Position numbers and translations under genes: made by a program. The notes under the pieces were generated by a model. The model was not told the origin of the DNA and did no database searches. It worked only from the letters and a program-made list of their open reading frames with translations. Positions 26,519 through 38,191 of a stretch of 64,000 bases of DNA are shown piece after piece; the first letter of the stretch is position 1, and each line of letters begins with the position of its first letter. Origin of the DNA: Fistulifera solaris (lineage: Eukaryota); the NCBI GenBank assembly GCA_030295235.1, contig AP026146.1, positions 310,001-374,000 of the forward strand, read 5' to 3'.

Positions 26519-29500
26519 TTATCCACAAAGGAATTCAGACCTCGTGCCTTCCAACTCGCATTGACAACCCCCTTGTGTCGAACAACAGAAAGTACAACAT
26601 TCCGATCCAGGAGGGCATGTCACTTCTGGGCTGTCTCCCCACAGTCCAAGTAGAAGATAGGACGTGTTGCAGTAAACACCTCACAGACAGTGGTGGACAC
26701 TGAACCTTGGATGGAATTGTCTTCAAGTCGAATCGTAGTTAATCGTCGTAGTTGTGATACTTCGTCGGGAATGGACCCCGTCAACCTGTTGGATTGCAGC
26801 AATAGGTTGAGAAGACCATCTAGCATGCCTATCTGTGTCGGAATTGTTCCTTCCAAGCTGTTCGAGGAGAGATGCAAGTTGCGTAAATTACTTAGCATTC
26901 CGATTTGGGTTGGAATCGCTCCGCTCAAACTGTTTCTGCTCATGTCCAAGGTAATAAGGTTGGTCAGATTGCCGATGTTACCCAGAATGGGCCCAGTCAA
27001 AGCATTGTTGTTCAAGCGAAGTGTCTGCAAATTCGACAAGTTTCCTAAGCTGCTATCCACTGAAGTAAATGCATTTCCTTCGACGTTAAATTCTCTCAGC
27101 CCGGAAAGACCGCCCACTTGCACAACGCCGTTCAATTCGTTGTTGTTCAAGATCAGCTTCGCCATGCTGGCCAAATTCGACAATGAAGACGGAATAGACC
27201 CAGTGAGAAAATTTAGTCCACAATCTAGTTCCATCAGCGAGGTCATCGACTGAAATGTATCAGGTAAGCTACCTGATAAGCGGTTAAAGCCCATATTGAT
27301 CAATTCTACATCTGTCCAGGCACCCAGTTCAGATGGAATGCTACCAGTCAGGGCATTGCCGAAGACGTCAAACGAGATAAGGCTTGTCAGTGAGCCAATT
27401 TCGACAGGAATTGGTCCACTAATTCTTTGGGTGGTACCACCGCTAAGTCCTACACGTAGGAGGTTGGATAAAAGCGCCAATTCTGCAGGAATCGACCCGC
27501 CGACTTCATTGAACCCAAGATCCAAGTTTTGAAACACGCCATTTTCATCGCAAACAGGAATTCTAGTCGAACGCGTGAACCACGCGCATTCATCTTCTTC
27601 CGTAAGCCATCCTTGTGAACTTGTCCAGTTACCACCATTCGTGCTATAATAAATTGTTGCCAAGCTGTATCGTTGAATCAGCTTTTCATCTGGAAAAGTG
27701 GTGACGTTAGGGTCGTTCGCCAGCCAATTGAACGCGTCATATTGCGCGGTACCCGGCGTGGCTATATTTGTGCCGCCATCGGAGCTAACTGAAGATAGTA
27801 GCTCAAACAACTCAGCCCTCTCTGGCACCCTCGTTGGGCTTGCGTTATTAGTAGGACTAGAAATTGGGGGAAGATCCGAAGGTGGATCTGCACTTGGTGA
27901 CGCGACAGTTGGAGGGTTCGGATTCAATGGTGTGGGAGGTGTTGTGGCCGGGGCTCTCGAACGCAACAAAGGAGACGGCGCGGATGTGGGCGAGTAAGTG
28001 CCTAGCGCAGCGGGTGAAGGAGCGTCTTTATTTCTCTGCGCTACGGCCAAACCGATTGAGAGAGGTGCCGCGACCAAGAATAGGATCAAGAGGCCGTAAA
28101 GAAGGAATTGGCGGCGCTTTCGCGGGGCTGGATGTTGCATGGGTTGAGTCTTCTTAGCATTATCACTGGAGTCCGCAAGTTCTGTCGCACCCGACACATC
28201 TCGTTTTGGCGGCAATGTGGCAGACAAAGCAGAATCGGGTTTAGCAGGTGGTGTAGGAGATGTAGCAAGAGTAGGGCCAGCGACATCGTCTTGATTTTCG
28301 CTTTCGTGTGCTTGTTCCTGCAAAGGATTCGTCTTATTTTGTCGTGGTCTCTTTTCCATAATAGATGGTCTCTTTTCTCCCTTGTTTTGCGACATGGCTC
28401 TCGAAATCGTTGCGGCTATGCGTTGTCGATTGAGGTTTTGAATTGGAGGCGGCTCGTCTGGTGAGGCATTTGGACTTGGCTCTACAATTTCTTGTGTAGT
28501 AGCAGTTGACAATGCTGGCGCTACAGGTTGCTGTTTCAGATCTTGCTCAGTAGGCGCATCATTTGCAGAGGCTTTGACGCCAGGTCTAACGCCACTCTGG
28601 GCTGTAACTCTCGCAATTGTTGCGGCTATGCGTCGTCGATTGAGTTCTTGTATTGTGAGCCCCTCATCTGTAGAGGTGCTAGGTCCGACCATGCCTTGTG
28701 CTGAGGTTGGCGTATCAGGTTCAGCGGTTTCAGAACGAACAGAGTTGGCAGTGCTAGAAACTATAGCAACCGGAACGTCGTCATCTGTCGCTGAAACGTT
28801 TTGATCCAAATCTTCTTCGGACGATGATTCACTGTCGGCAAGATGCCTGGAGTTTCTATTCGCGAGGTCGTCCGGCACGCTAATATCCGGTTGCGATTCC
28901 ATTGAACTATCCGATTCACTCATCGATGGATCCTCTAGATTGTCTGAATGAAGCACCTCTGTTGTCGATGCGGGTGCGTTGGGACCGGTGCCCGTGGCCA
29001 AAGCACTGCGATATTGCATATAACGAGGTAAAGTGGATGCCGTGGGTTCGCTCTGACCATCATTCGTGGAAGACATGACACCCGCTGTTACTGCCACCGA
29101 TCCGACAGCAGCCACTGCTGCCGCCGCACCGATACCAGTCTTGCCTTTATCAGATCCCTCATCGTCTTTACCGACTGCGTCAACAGTACTAGAACTCGGG
29201 TGAGTTTTCTTCGCTAGCGTATTGCGATACTGCATGTAGCGAGACATAGGCGATGTGCTTGGTTGACTGGTGGCTTCCGGTGCTGTGTTACTGTCCGTAG
29301 GCGATATCGATGTCACAAGAGCACCGACAGAATTTTCAGCCGTCGCTGCTTTGGCCACTGTGTTCTTCGAAAGTGAATCTCGATAGCCCAAATACCGAGG
29401 AGTGGATGATAGCTCCGCTTCAGTCATAGTTGAGACAGGCTCGGAAGCGGAAGTCGGAGAAAAAACTTCGCTCCTGGAAGCTGAGGGTGTCTCTGTTCTC

Positions 29501-32333
29501 TCTGTTCCCACTCCTTGTGAAGATGCCGTGATTTTGGAGAGGGTGTTTCGGTACTGCATATAACGAGGCAAAGTAGATTCCATGTGTTCGCTCTTATCAT
29601 CATTCTTGGAAGACATGGCACCCGATGTTACTGCCGCTGATCCGACAGAAGCGACTGCTGCCGCCGCAGCGATACCAGTCTTACCTTCATCAGGTCCCTC
29701 ATCGTCTTTACCGACTGCGTCAACAGTACTAGAACTCGGGGGCGTTTTCTTTGCAAGCGTATTGCGATACTGCATGTAGCGAGGCATAGACGATGTGTCA
29801 GGTTGATTCGTGGAATCGGGTGCTGCACTATTGACCGTTGGCGATATCGATGTCACAGGAGCAGCGACATCAGTACCATTTTCGGTGGCAATATTGCTTG
29901 TCGATGTCCCATATTCAGTCACCGCTGAATCTGATGGCACCCGCCCCGCATTGGTTGACAGTGCAGCACCTCGCGATGGAACAGCGGATTCAGTCTTTTC
30001 AGAAATGGGAAACGCGTCGTCTGTTTCACGGTTAAATGCAGTTCGATATTGCATGAAACGGGGCACAAACGGGGATCGACTGTCTGTCAAAATGGTATCC
30101 TGTCTTAAAGATTCGGTCGTTTGATCTCCTTTGGAGATAGTCGGAAGCACTTCGACGTCACCTACAAACGGTGCAGAAGCGGACGTGCTTTCGGAGGGCA
30201 TAGCTTTGACAGTGTCCGCAGCCTTAGTACTGTGTGAACTATTTTTGCGCAACGAGTCACGATATTGCATGTACCGTGGCATATTTGTGGACTTGACAGT
30301 TTGATTCGAAACGTCTTTGTCGTCTTTATTCACCATTGGGACTCCAGCAGCTGTATCTGCATCAAAACCTTTTGCCTCGATGTTGTCTGAACTGGATCCC
30401 GAAGTGAGATCTTTGGCTAACGAACTTCTGTACTGCATGTAGCGCGGTATCGAAGTCGGACGAGACGCTATGGATTCTGAGGTCGACGACGACGGAACAT
30501 TGTCATGAGTAACAACTTCTGATACTTGGAAAGAGCTCTGAGAGGATGCTTTTGACGATTTTTCTGGTGACAAGAGTGAATCACGGTATTGCATGTATCT
30601 GGGAATGCCCAATGATTTTCCATCTCTGCTAGCTGAAGACATCGAGTTGCTTTCTTTCTCGGCTTCAGATGTCGAAACTGTTCTTCCAGTATTAATGAAA
30701 GTCGCTGAGAGCTCAATGGGGGATATTGTTGGCTCCGCGTTTTCAAGACTTTCAGATCTAGAATCTTGTACACTTCTCAATTTGTTCGCCGATTCATCGC
30801 TGTTCGCGCTACTTGGTGAGCCCTTGTCAAATCCTGACCCAGAAAGCTCCTTTGATAGCGTTTCGGTGTCAATACCGTCGAGATTTTGCGTAAGTCGAAG
30901 AAAAATTGCTTGGGCAGCCTCCTCTCCATGAATCTTTTCCAGATCGCGTAGGGCTGTGTTGATTGCCTTCTTGAGCGCCTCCTTCTTAGCGGCAATCGCA
31001 TCGTCAGTGGATCCAGCGGCAGATATACTTTCCATTTCTTTTCCATACTTCGAAGTGTTGCGAGTGTTTCTTCATCTTCTGGAATGGCGTCATCTTGATC
31101 ATATAATTCGCGAAACTTCTTTAACGAAGATGACGTTTCCAATGCGTCGGCATCTCCTGCACTATAAGCGTCTCGGAAATCCCTGTAAGAGCTTCGTTTG
31201 GATCCAGGACTTTTCTGAATTGTCGCTTCTTGCAGTTGCTTCACTTCTTGTTGATGCTCTACATGGTCCTGCTCTTTCGCCCGCTTTGAATCGGCATTGC
31301 TTTTATCGTCCGTGGCTGATCGCTTGGAGGGAGTTGCAGAGGCAGCCTCCATGTATGTATCAACGTTTTCGAGCACTTCCATTTCTTCATCTTCGTCAAC
31401 GTCGTCACCCGAGGAGTCGTCACTACCCGATGTACTAGAGGATCCATAGTCGCCTTGGTAAAAATCATTCTCTGACGATGTTGCTGATGCTTGACCCTTA
31501 TTACCCGGCGTTTGTTGATGACCGAAAAATTCTGTCGACTCGGTTTCCGAATCGACTTCTTCCGTCACACCTAGCGTGCCCAACGTAGGTTTAGCCGCTG
31601 CTTTAACGGTAAAATGGTCTCTTCTTCGCCACGACCCTTCGTGATCCGGTTCCCCTTGAAAATGTTTCGAATCCTCTTCCGAAATGCAAGTGAGTGCTTC
31701 ATCCACTGTTTCTTGGTCGGAACCTTCCCTCTCGTCTTCGAATAACGTGTCCTGTTGAATGGAATCGTCTAGCATGCCCTCTTCGGGCGAAGAATCGTCC
31801 GGTATGCTGACCGGTGCAGGGGGTGGGGGCGGCGGAGGTGCAGGAGTGGAACGTTTCGACGCCCGGGTTGGAGATGTGGATGCGAGGTACGTACCCAACG
31901 AACCCTGGATTTGACTCGGACTTTCGGCGCGGGTCTTTGTTTCGGTTCGCTTTGCAGGAGTGGCTGCTTCTTGCTGAAACACTTGACCCACTTCCATGCT
32001 TACTAGCGTGCCCGAGTCCTGACTGGATACTTCTTCTTCCACATACTCGACGGACTCCGACTCGTCTTCGTCTTTTTTTCGGGTATCAGATTGTGATTTT
32101 TTGTTGCTGGCGCTCCTTTGAGCAGGTGGAACGTCTGCCTTGTTGGAGCCTTTCCGCTGGCCGGAGCACACCTTTTCATGCCCTCCACTCTTCCAGTCCC
32201 ATTGCAAGCAATGCTTACTACAATACTGAGCCTCATTACAGTGCTCGCAAACTAACATTCCCTCAGGAACATAAGATGCTTCAAATCCGCAAGCGTTGCA
32301 ACGGATCTCGTTATCTGACCCGGAATCTGACAT
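26519..32333 (-). CDS. Giant type II membrane protein: MYND zinc finger, repeat-rich disordered region, TM, LRR ectodomain
   Basis: ORFs 30777-32333 and 26620-31035 join by restoring one A near 31040. MYND C-x2-C...YC-x3-C..W..H-x3-C. TM FLLYGLLILFLVAAPLSIGLAVA. QRYSLATIYYST..W..ECAW cap, plant-type LxxLxLxxNxLxGxIP LRRs, Cys-rich tail after an indel near 26628. Confidence 0.8.
29011..29865. repeat. Intragenic DNA duplication (~315 bp x2, 540-bp period)
   Basis: 29011-29325 matches 29551-29865, e.g. ccgactgcgtcaacagtactagaactcggg at both 29171 and 29711. Confidence 0.9.
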
Positions 32334-33084
32334 CTTGATTGCTCCTTAGCGTCTCGACCTTACGGTTACTTAGGTAAATGAAGCGAGTATTTCTATTTTA
32401 CTGCAGTTACACACCACCGAAACTCCCGTTTTCTTTTTCTCGGCTCGATTGGTCTTTCAGCTTCAGTGACAGGCTTTTCAGCTCTTTACAAAGCAGTTGA
32501 CAGGTATGCAGGTAGCACATGAAACAAACAATGGGGAATGATGAGCCTTTTACCGCGGTCCGCCGGGGAGTCCGCCTTATCGTACTATTTGAATTTCTGT
32601 TGATCCTCCCGCGTTCTGCGATCGCTATGACTCGATGACCGAAATCATCGCAGCATCACTAAATCCTCATAGAAAATATTGATACAGTCCTTGCAAAAGA
32701 AGACACCCTTTTCTTAAGTTAATAGTGAAAACGTGGTCGGATGCCGCCAAATCTTGACAAGTCCAAGTATTTTTGGCGGGAGATTTGACTTCGGTCTAAG
32801 TATTCTTATCCGAGCGACGCCTGCATAAGCCAAAAAATCTTCGAGCGTTAAAAAGTCCATACTCAATCAAGTGGATTTTCTAATTAAGAGCACGCCTGAT
32901 CTTTCAACGGACATTAGGCGGTCCACCCCGAAGTCAAGTGTCACGACAATTCAGGATTGAGCTTAACCATGAAAATTTCCCCTACCAGCCAACAGTGCGA
33001 TCTATTTTTTCATTTCAATAGTTTTGCATGGAAAAATGTACTATGAATATTACTTTAAATTAGAAGAAGATGATCTGTGTTCGC

Positions 33085-35598
33085 TTACACGGGACAGTTT
33101 TCGCAACAGGCGCAGGCGACCTCCGATGGACAATCGGCAGATGCCAATGCTTGCTGAGCAACAATTACAGCGCACGTAGCATTGTTGATCTCTCCAACCA
33201 ACGAATTGCCTTCAATTCGGAGTTCTTTTATATTTGCTAAGGCCGAGAAATCAGGAACCGGGCCGGTTAGCAAGTTGTTCTCTGCATTGAAGTTCTTCAT
33301 GTCCACTAGTGTTCCTAGCGACGAAGGAATCGTGCCAGTAAGTTGGTTGTTGGAGAAACGTAGGCCCGCTTTGATCATTTTCAGATTGCCGAACTCGTTG
33401 GGAATAGGTCCGACCAACTTGTTATCATTCACCCAAATACCTTTCGCTTCGGCGAGTTTTCCGAACTCAGTAGGGATTGTGCCGGTAAGCAGGTTGCCGT
33501 CCACTGAAAATTGAAGCATTTTTGGAGTGTCGCCGACCTGGGTTGGGATCGGACCTGTCAAGTCATTCTTTCGGAAGGAAATCTTGGTCGCCGATGTCAG
33601 TAGGCCTATTGTGGTGGGAATTTGTCCCGATAGTTTGCAACGCTCCATTAGCACCGTATCCACAACAGGCCAGTTTAAAAACAGTTCCGGCGCGATGCTT
33701 CCTGTTAAATTGTGGTTCTTGAAAGAAAAGAATTCCATCGCCGTCAAAAGTCCCAGCTCTGTGGGCAACGATCCTTGTACTTTCGTTGATTCTCCGGTTG
33801 GCTCATTGATAATATTGAACGTCTTTAAGCTGGTCAACATTGCCAGCTCCGGAGGAAGTGTACCGCCAATGTTGTTTTTATTAAATTCTAAAGTTGTGAA
33901 AATATCACCATCACAGTTAAAAGCCGTACTTGAATCCGTATACCAGAGACACTCATCCAGCGCATCCAACCAAGATCCATTGTTGAGCCACTCGTCACCA
34001 TTCGTGCTGTAATAAAAGTAGCCAACGCAAAGCGTTGCACGACTTTAACGTCGGATAAGTCCTGAAGCTCGGCATCCGCTTCGAGCCACAAGTATGCACG
34101 ATTCTGTGGCGTGCCTTCTTCTATCAGCGTCTCGTTGCCAGCGGGCAAAGCGGCCACAATCTTATCGTACAGTTCCTTGTTTTTCGGACGGAAACCACTG
34201 GTGGTAGGGACCATGCTGGGAGTCGCAACAGGAGACATGCTGGGCGCTAATGTCGTAGGTGCTGGTGACACTACTTCTTCGACAATGGCAGGAGTCGGCG
34301 CCGAAGTAGTATTGGCGACAACAACCACAGGGGCACTTTCCTCCCTCTTTGAGTAAAATGGTACTTAGAACCCCGCCGAGTACCGCCGCCAGTAAGATTA
34401 AAGCACAAGCGAGACACGCGACCAACGCCCAAAATGTGGGAGTCCCGTCCTCTTTTCTATAACTGTAGTACGAAATGGTGTCGGAAGCTCGTCGATCATC
34501 GGAATATTCCGTCCCACCGTGATCTTCTATTTTGGTGACGCTCGGAATCGATGACTCGGGGTCTCGTTCCTCAAGATTTTGATTAGAAGTAGAACCATCC
34601 TGATACACGGGAATACTCGGAAGCGACGAACGAGGCGCCTCGGGCGGCGGCGGCGGCGGCGGTGGTGCCGAGTAGCTAGCGGACCGCGGGGCATAATAGT
34701 TTTTGGGTATCGGCGCCTGTTCCGGTTCCGCATCGATGGGCGCTTTTTGCGCTGCACTCGTTCCCGCAGCAATGGCCGCGGCCGCTTCACGAACTTCGTT
34801 TCTGGCTTTTTCCGCTGCATAATAAGCATCGGGATTTTCGTTTGGATCGATACGATTCGGATCGTGAACGTAATTTCGTGGTACAATACCTTTCTTGGTA
34901 TTCGATGTACGATATCCTATGTACGAGTTAGGGTCCGTTGCCGCCTCTGAAACCGGTTGTTGAATTTCAGGAGATCGTACAGGAAGCTTGGGTGAAAGGC
35001 TTTGGGCATTCATTCGAGGTTGCGGTGCATCATTCATGGGAGGCGAAGGCGGTCGATTGCTGGCACTTGCACCAATTTGTCCGAGATTTCTTCCCAACGA
35101 GTTATCTCGCTTTGACATGTATGGAGCCGTACCCAAAGGAGAGGCGTCATCGTCCTCATCATCGTCCTCGTCTTCAAGATCGAAAGTATTGAGCTCGGAG
35201 GAGGATGATCGTAAATTATTGAGCCGTTTCACGAGAGGACTCTCCGCTAACGGCGCGGCCTTCTGACCATTACTGCTTTTGGGATAAAATATAGACTTCG
35301 TTGGGCGAGTTGGTGTCGAGGATGATATTTTGGGTCCCTTTGAAGCCGCAGCCAGATCACCCATTAAATCTCCTTCCGAGTCTGCTAAACCTCGCCTCTT
35401 TGGCCGAATCGGAAGATCTTCTTCCGAGGTGAGCCCATCATCGTCCGACCATCCTTCGCTATTCTCAGAAGCCTCCTCAAAATCCATCTTCGAAGTACGA
35501 GGATAACTGTGATCGTCCGAGCTTTCCGTAGAAACAGAACGATCCTCGTTTTTTCGTGACTTTCGCACCTGACGCTCTGTAGTCTTTGTTCGTGGCAT
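33085..35598 (-). CDS. Type II membrane LRR receptor-like protein
   Basis: Disordered N-terminus with polyproline, TM (FWALVACLACALILLAAVLGGVL), PQNRAYLWL / QRFALATF cap, LRRs, CACCENC tail. Indels near 34340 and 34015. Confidence 0.82.
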
Positions 35599-36184
35599 TC
35601 TTTCTAAGTTCTATTTCACCAGTTCGTTACCTTGCTTTTATCGTTGCAACAGCGCAATCAATAGAGGAGCCGTCGCAGCAATCAAATAAACGAGCTGGTG
35701 CCAGGTACAGCAACAATAGCAACGTTCCAATTTCTCCGGGATTCTTGTGTGCCGTCGACAAATTTTGCTGCTGTCCCAAAAATACACATGGTGAACGGGC
35801 AAAAAGTCGGGTCCATAAATTTTGTGTAGTAATCTTTAGGAAAATGTCACTTGTTATGGATTTCTCCGTTGGTCTACTTTATTCTCGTATATTCGTTTCC
35901 TGTATTCATAATGTCAAAGAAAAGGCCCAAAGTACAGGAAACCTATTAGTATCTGGGAGTTTTTGATTTCTTCACATTCTAGTGTTGGTAAAGAATAATC
36001 ATCTGGCACCAAAGAATGTTCAAACAAGGCACAAGTTCGCAAGACTGATCACTCTTATCCCGGTCATAGATGGACCTCCTACTAATACTAACCCTAACGA
36101 ACAACGAGCTATGGCAATGGGCACTTCCTCGTCTACGGAATCCATTCTTTACGTAGCTAGATAGAGTAAACGAGAATGATTCGG

Positions 36185-37876
36185 CTACTTTGCTTTTGCG
36201 AGCCTTTTCTTTTGGAGATGAGAGGGCATGAACGCAACCAGTTCTTTGTCCACCTTAACTTGTTTCTTTGGACGTTCCATAGCTTCCGGCAATTCTGGCT
36301 GCCCCAATGCTTCGTCCGCCATGTTCGCGTCCACAGGATACGCACTCGGATACGCATCCGTTACTGGGTATTCACCAGTTGCTGGGTAGTCCACGTCTAA
36401 AGGATAGCTCGGTACCGTTTCATCTAGTGCATCGATTGGATAGGCATGAGGAAAAACGTAGCTTCCGTTCGTAATGGAATCATCCAAAGGATATGCCGGA
36501 GGTGGACCAGATTCGTCTATTTCGTCTTCATTCGATCGATACTCTGTATAACTGTCAATCAGATACATCGGCTGCAGCTCCGCTGTAGATTCTCCGGTAT
36601 TGGGACTGGGTACATCGTGCTTTCCTTCGTTGTTGCTGTCGTCCCTCATGGCACTCCGGAGGGCAGCGATTCGTCTTTGGACAGAAGTGTCACTTTCATC
36701 ATCACTCGCTTCGCTATTAGTAGCTTTTTGCCGACTTTCATCTCGGAGAGCAGCAATACGTTGCTGAACGGAATTGTCATCATCTTCGTCATGTTCCTCC
36801 ACGTCCTCGTCATTATTTCCTTTTTCTTCTCTTTCCTTCGATTTACCCCAAGAATCATCGGTTGCAACACGATCCGGCTCTTCACTTTGTTGACGGAGTG
36901 ACGCAATACGATCTTGGACCGATGATTTCCTTTGGCCTTCTAATTGACGGGCCGTCTGTTGTTGCAGAGCCTCAGGCAGTACCGTTTGAAACACCGACTG
37001 CTTGATGATTGCTTTCCATGGTTCATCGTCGGACGATCGGACCTTGGTGGTCGATGGAAAGAATCCTGCTTGAATCCATTGTTTCATTTGATGCAAAGGA
37101 AATGGTCCCTGCACTTGATGGGAAGTATCCAGGTACCACCACGTATCCGCTACCGTAACAACTCCTTCCAAACCAGTTCCTATCGCTTCCTCGTACTCGA
37201 CTTCTTCGTTAGACGCCCATATATCACACTGCAATTTTCGCTTGGATCGATTTACGGCAGCCGATGGTTTCGGTAATGCTGGTAGACCAGAAAGATCGAT
37301 GATTGTTTTCTGCTTAATTTCTTTTCTCGATTCTGGAGACGACTGTGACGGTGGCTGCTGACGATCCTGTTGCTTTTTTTCGGGGAACGGATGTTTTACC
37401 GGCGGTCGCGACGTTGCTTCACGTCGGGGTGGTGGTGGTGGTGGCGGAATCACTTCTCCCGGTAATCCTGCTTCCTCCATGTGCATAGTAACTCCACCAC
37501 CCCGTCGATGAAAGAGTCTTGGCTTTCCCGGAGGAGGCTCGCCATATGGATTTAATTTCGGATCATAGTAAACACTCAATTCCGGCCTCGCTAGTGGTGT
37601 AAACGCCGGCTGCGTGGGCTGACTTATTGTTGGAGGAACGGCGGATTCCTTTACTATTTTGAGTTCTTTCTTCAGTCGGTCTATCTTACTTTGAATAGCG
37701 TGTGGTCTCGTTTCTGTATTTTTGTGCTGCTTTTCTAATTTGCGAATCTCTTCCATCACCATTTGCTCCGTCTTTTCCGACTTGACTTTTTCATCGCGAC
37801 TCGCAATCCGAGCCGCTTTATTCTTTGCAGCTCTTTTTTTGCGTTGTTTGCGATGCCAATCGGATACATTGGACAT
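36185..37876 (-). CDS. WBP11: WBP11-like splicing factor with an added GYF domain
   Basis: N-terminal DWHRKQRKKRAAKNKAAR, SVYYDPKLNPYGEPPPGKP, polyproline, GYF-like WWYLD...QGPF...MKQWIQAGFF, and C-terminal KELVAFMPSHL. Confidence 0.72.
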   Translation of the reverse strand: MSNVSDWHRKQRKKRAAKNKAARIASRDEKVKSEKTEQMVMEEIRKLEKQHKNTETRPHAIQSKIDRLKKELKIVKESAVPPTISQPTQPAFTPLARPELSVYYDPKLNPYGEPPPGKPRLFHRRGGGVTMHMEEAGLPGEVIPPPPPPPRREATSRPPVKHPFPEKKQQDRQQPPSQSSPESRKEIKQKTIIDLSGLPALPKPSAAVNRSKRKLQCDIWASNEEVEYEEAIGTGLEGVVTVADTWWYLDTSHQVQGPFPLHQMKQWIQAGFFPSTTKVRSSDDEPWKAIIKQSVFQTVLPEALQQQTARQLEGQRKSSVQDRIASLRQQSEEPDRVATDDSWGKSKEREEKGNNDEDVEEHDEDDDNSVQQRIAALRDESRQKATNSEASDDESDTSVQRRIAALRSAMRDDSNNEGKHDVPSPNTGESTAELQPMYLIDSYTEYRSNEDEIDESGPPPAYPLDDSITNGSYVFPHAYPIDALDETVPSYPLDVDYPATGEYPVTDAYPSAYPVDANMADEALGQPELPEAMERPKKQVKVDKELVAFMPSHLQKKRLAKAK

Positions 37877-38191
37877 TTTTTTCGTTGTTGATGGAGCACT
37901 TCTTGCGGCAATAATTGACGTAATCACGTTATCATTTGCTCCGACTAGAGGATAAAGGAAGGACAGTTTAGTTTAGGATCATGGCGCGTCGTCATGGTCG
38001 CATTTTATCTTCTTTTCTCTATCGTCGGCTAAATCCTACCGGTATTCACAGTTGACAGACTGTTTCCCGGGACAGCATGGAGTTTCTCGAGTCGCGAACT
38101 AGATTTATGGCATGCATGCCTGCATGCCTGCATGCCTCTTCACTTATTTCGTTTCAACCAACCAGACACAATAATTCTAATTCATGCAAGT

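Noticed and set aside
29005..30612. CRISPR-like repeat-spacer array
   Set aside because: The repeats are in-frame peptide motifs with synonymous variation and long irregular spacers, in a eukaryotic gene with no cas genes.
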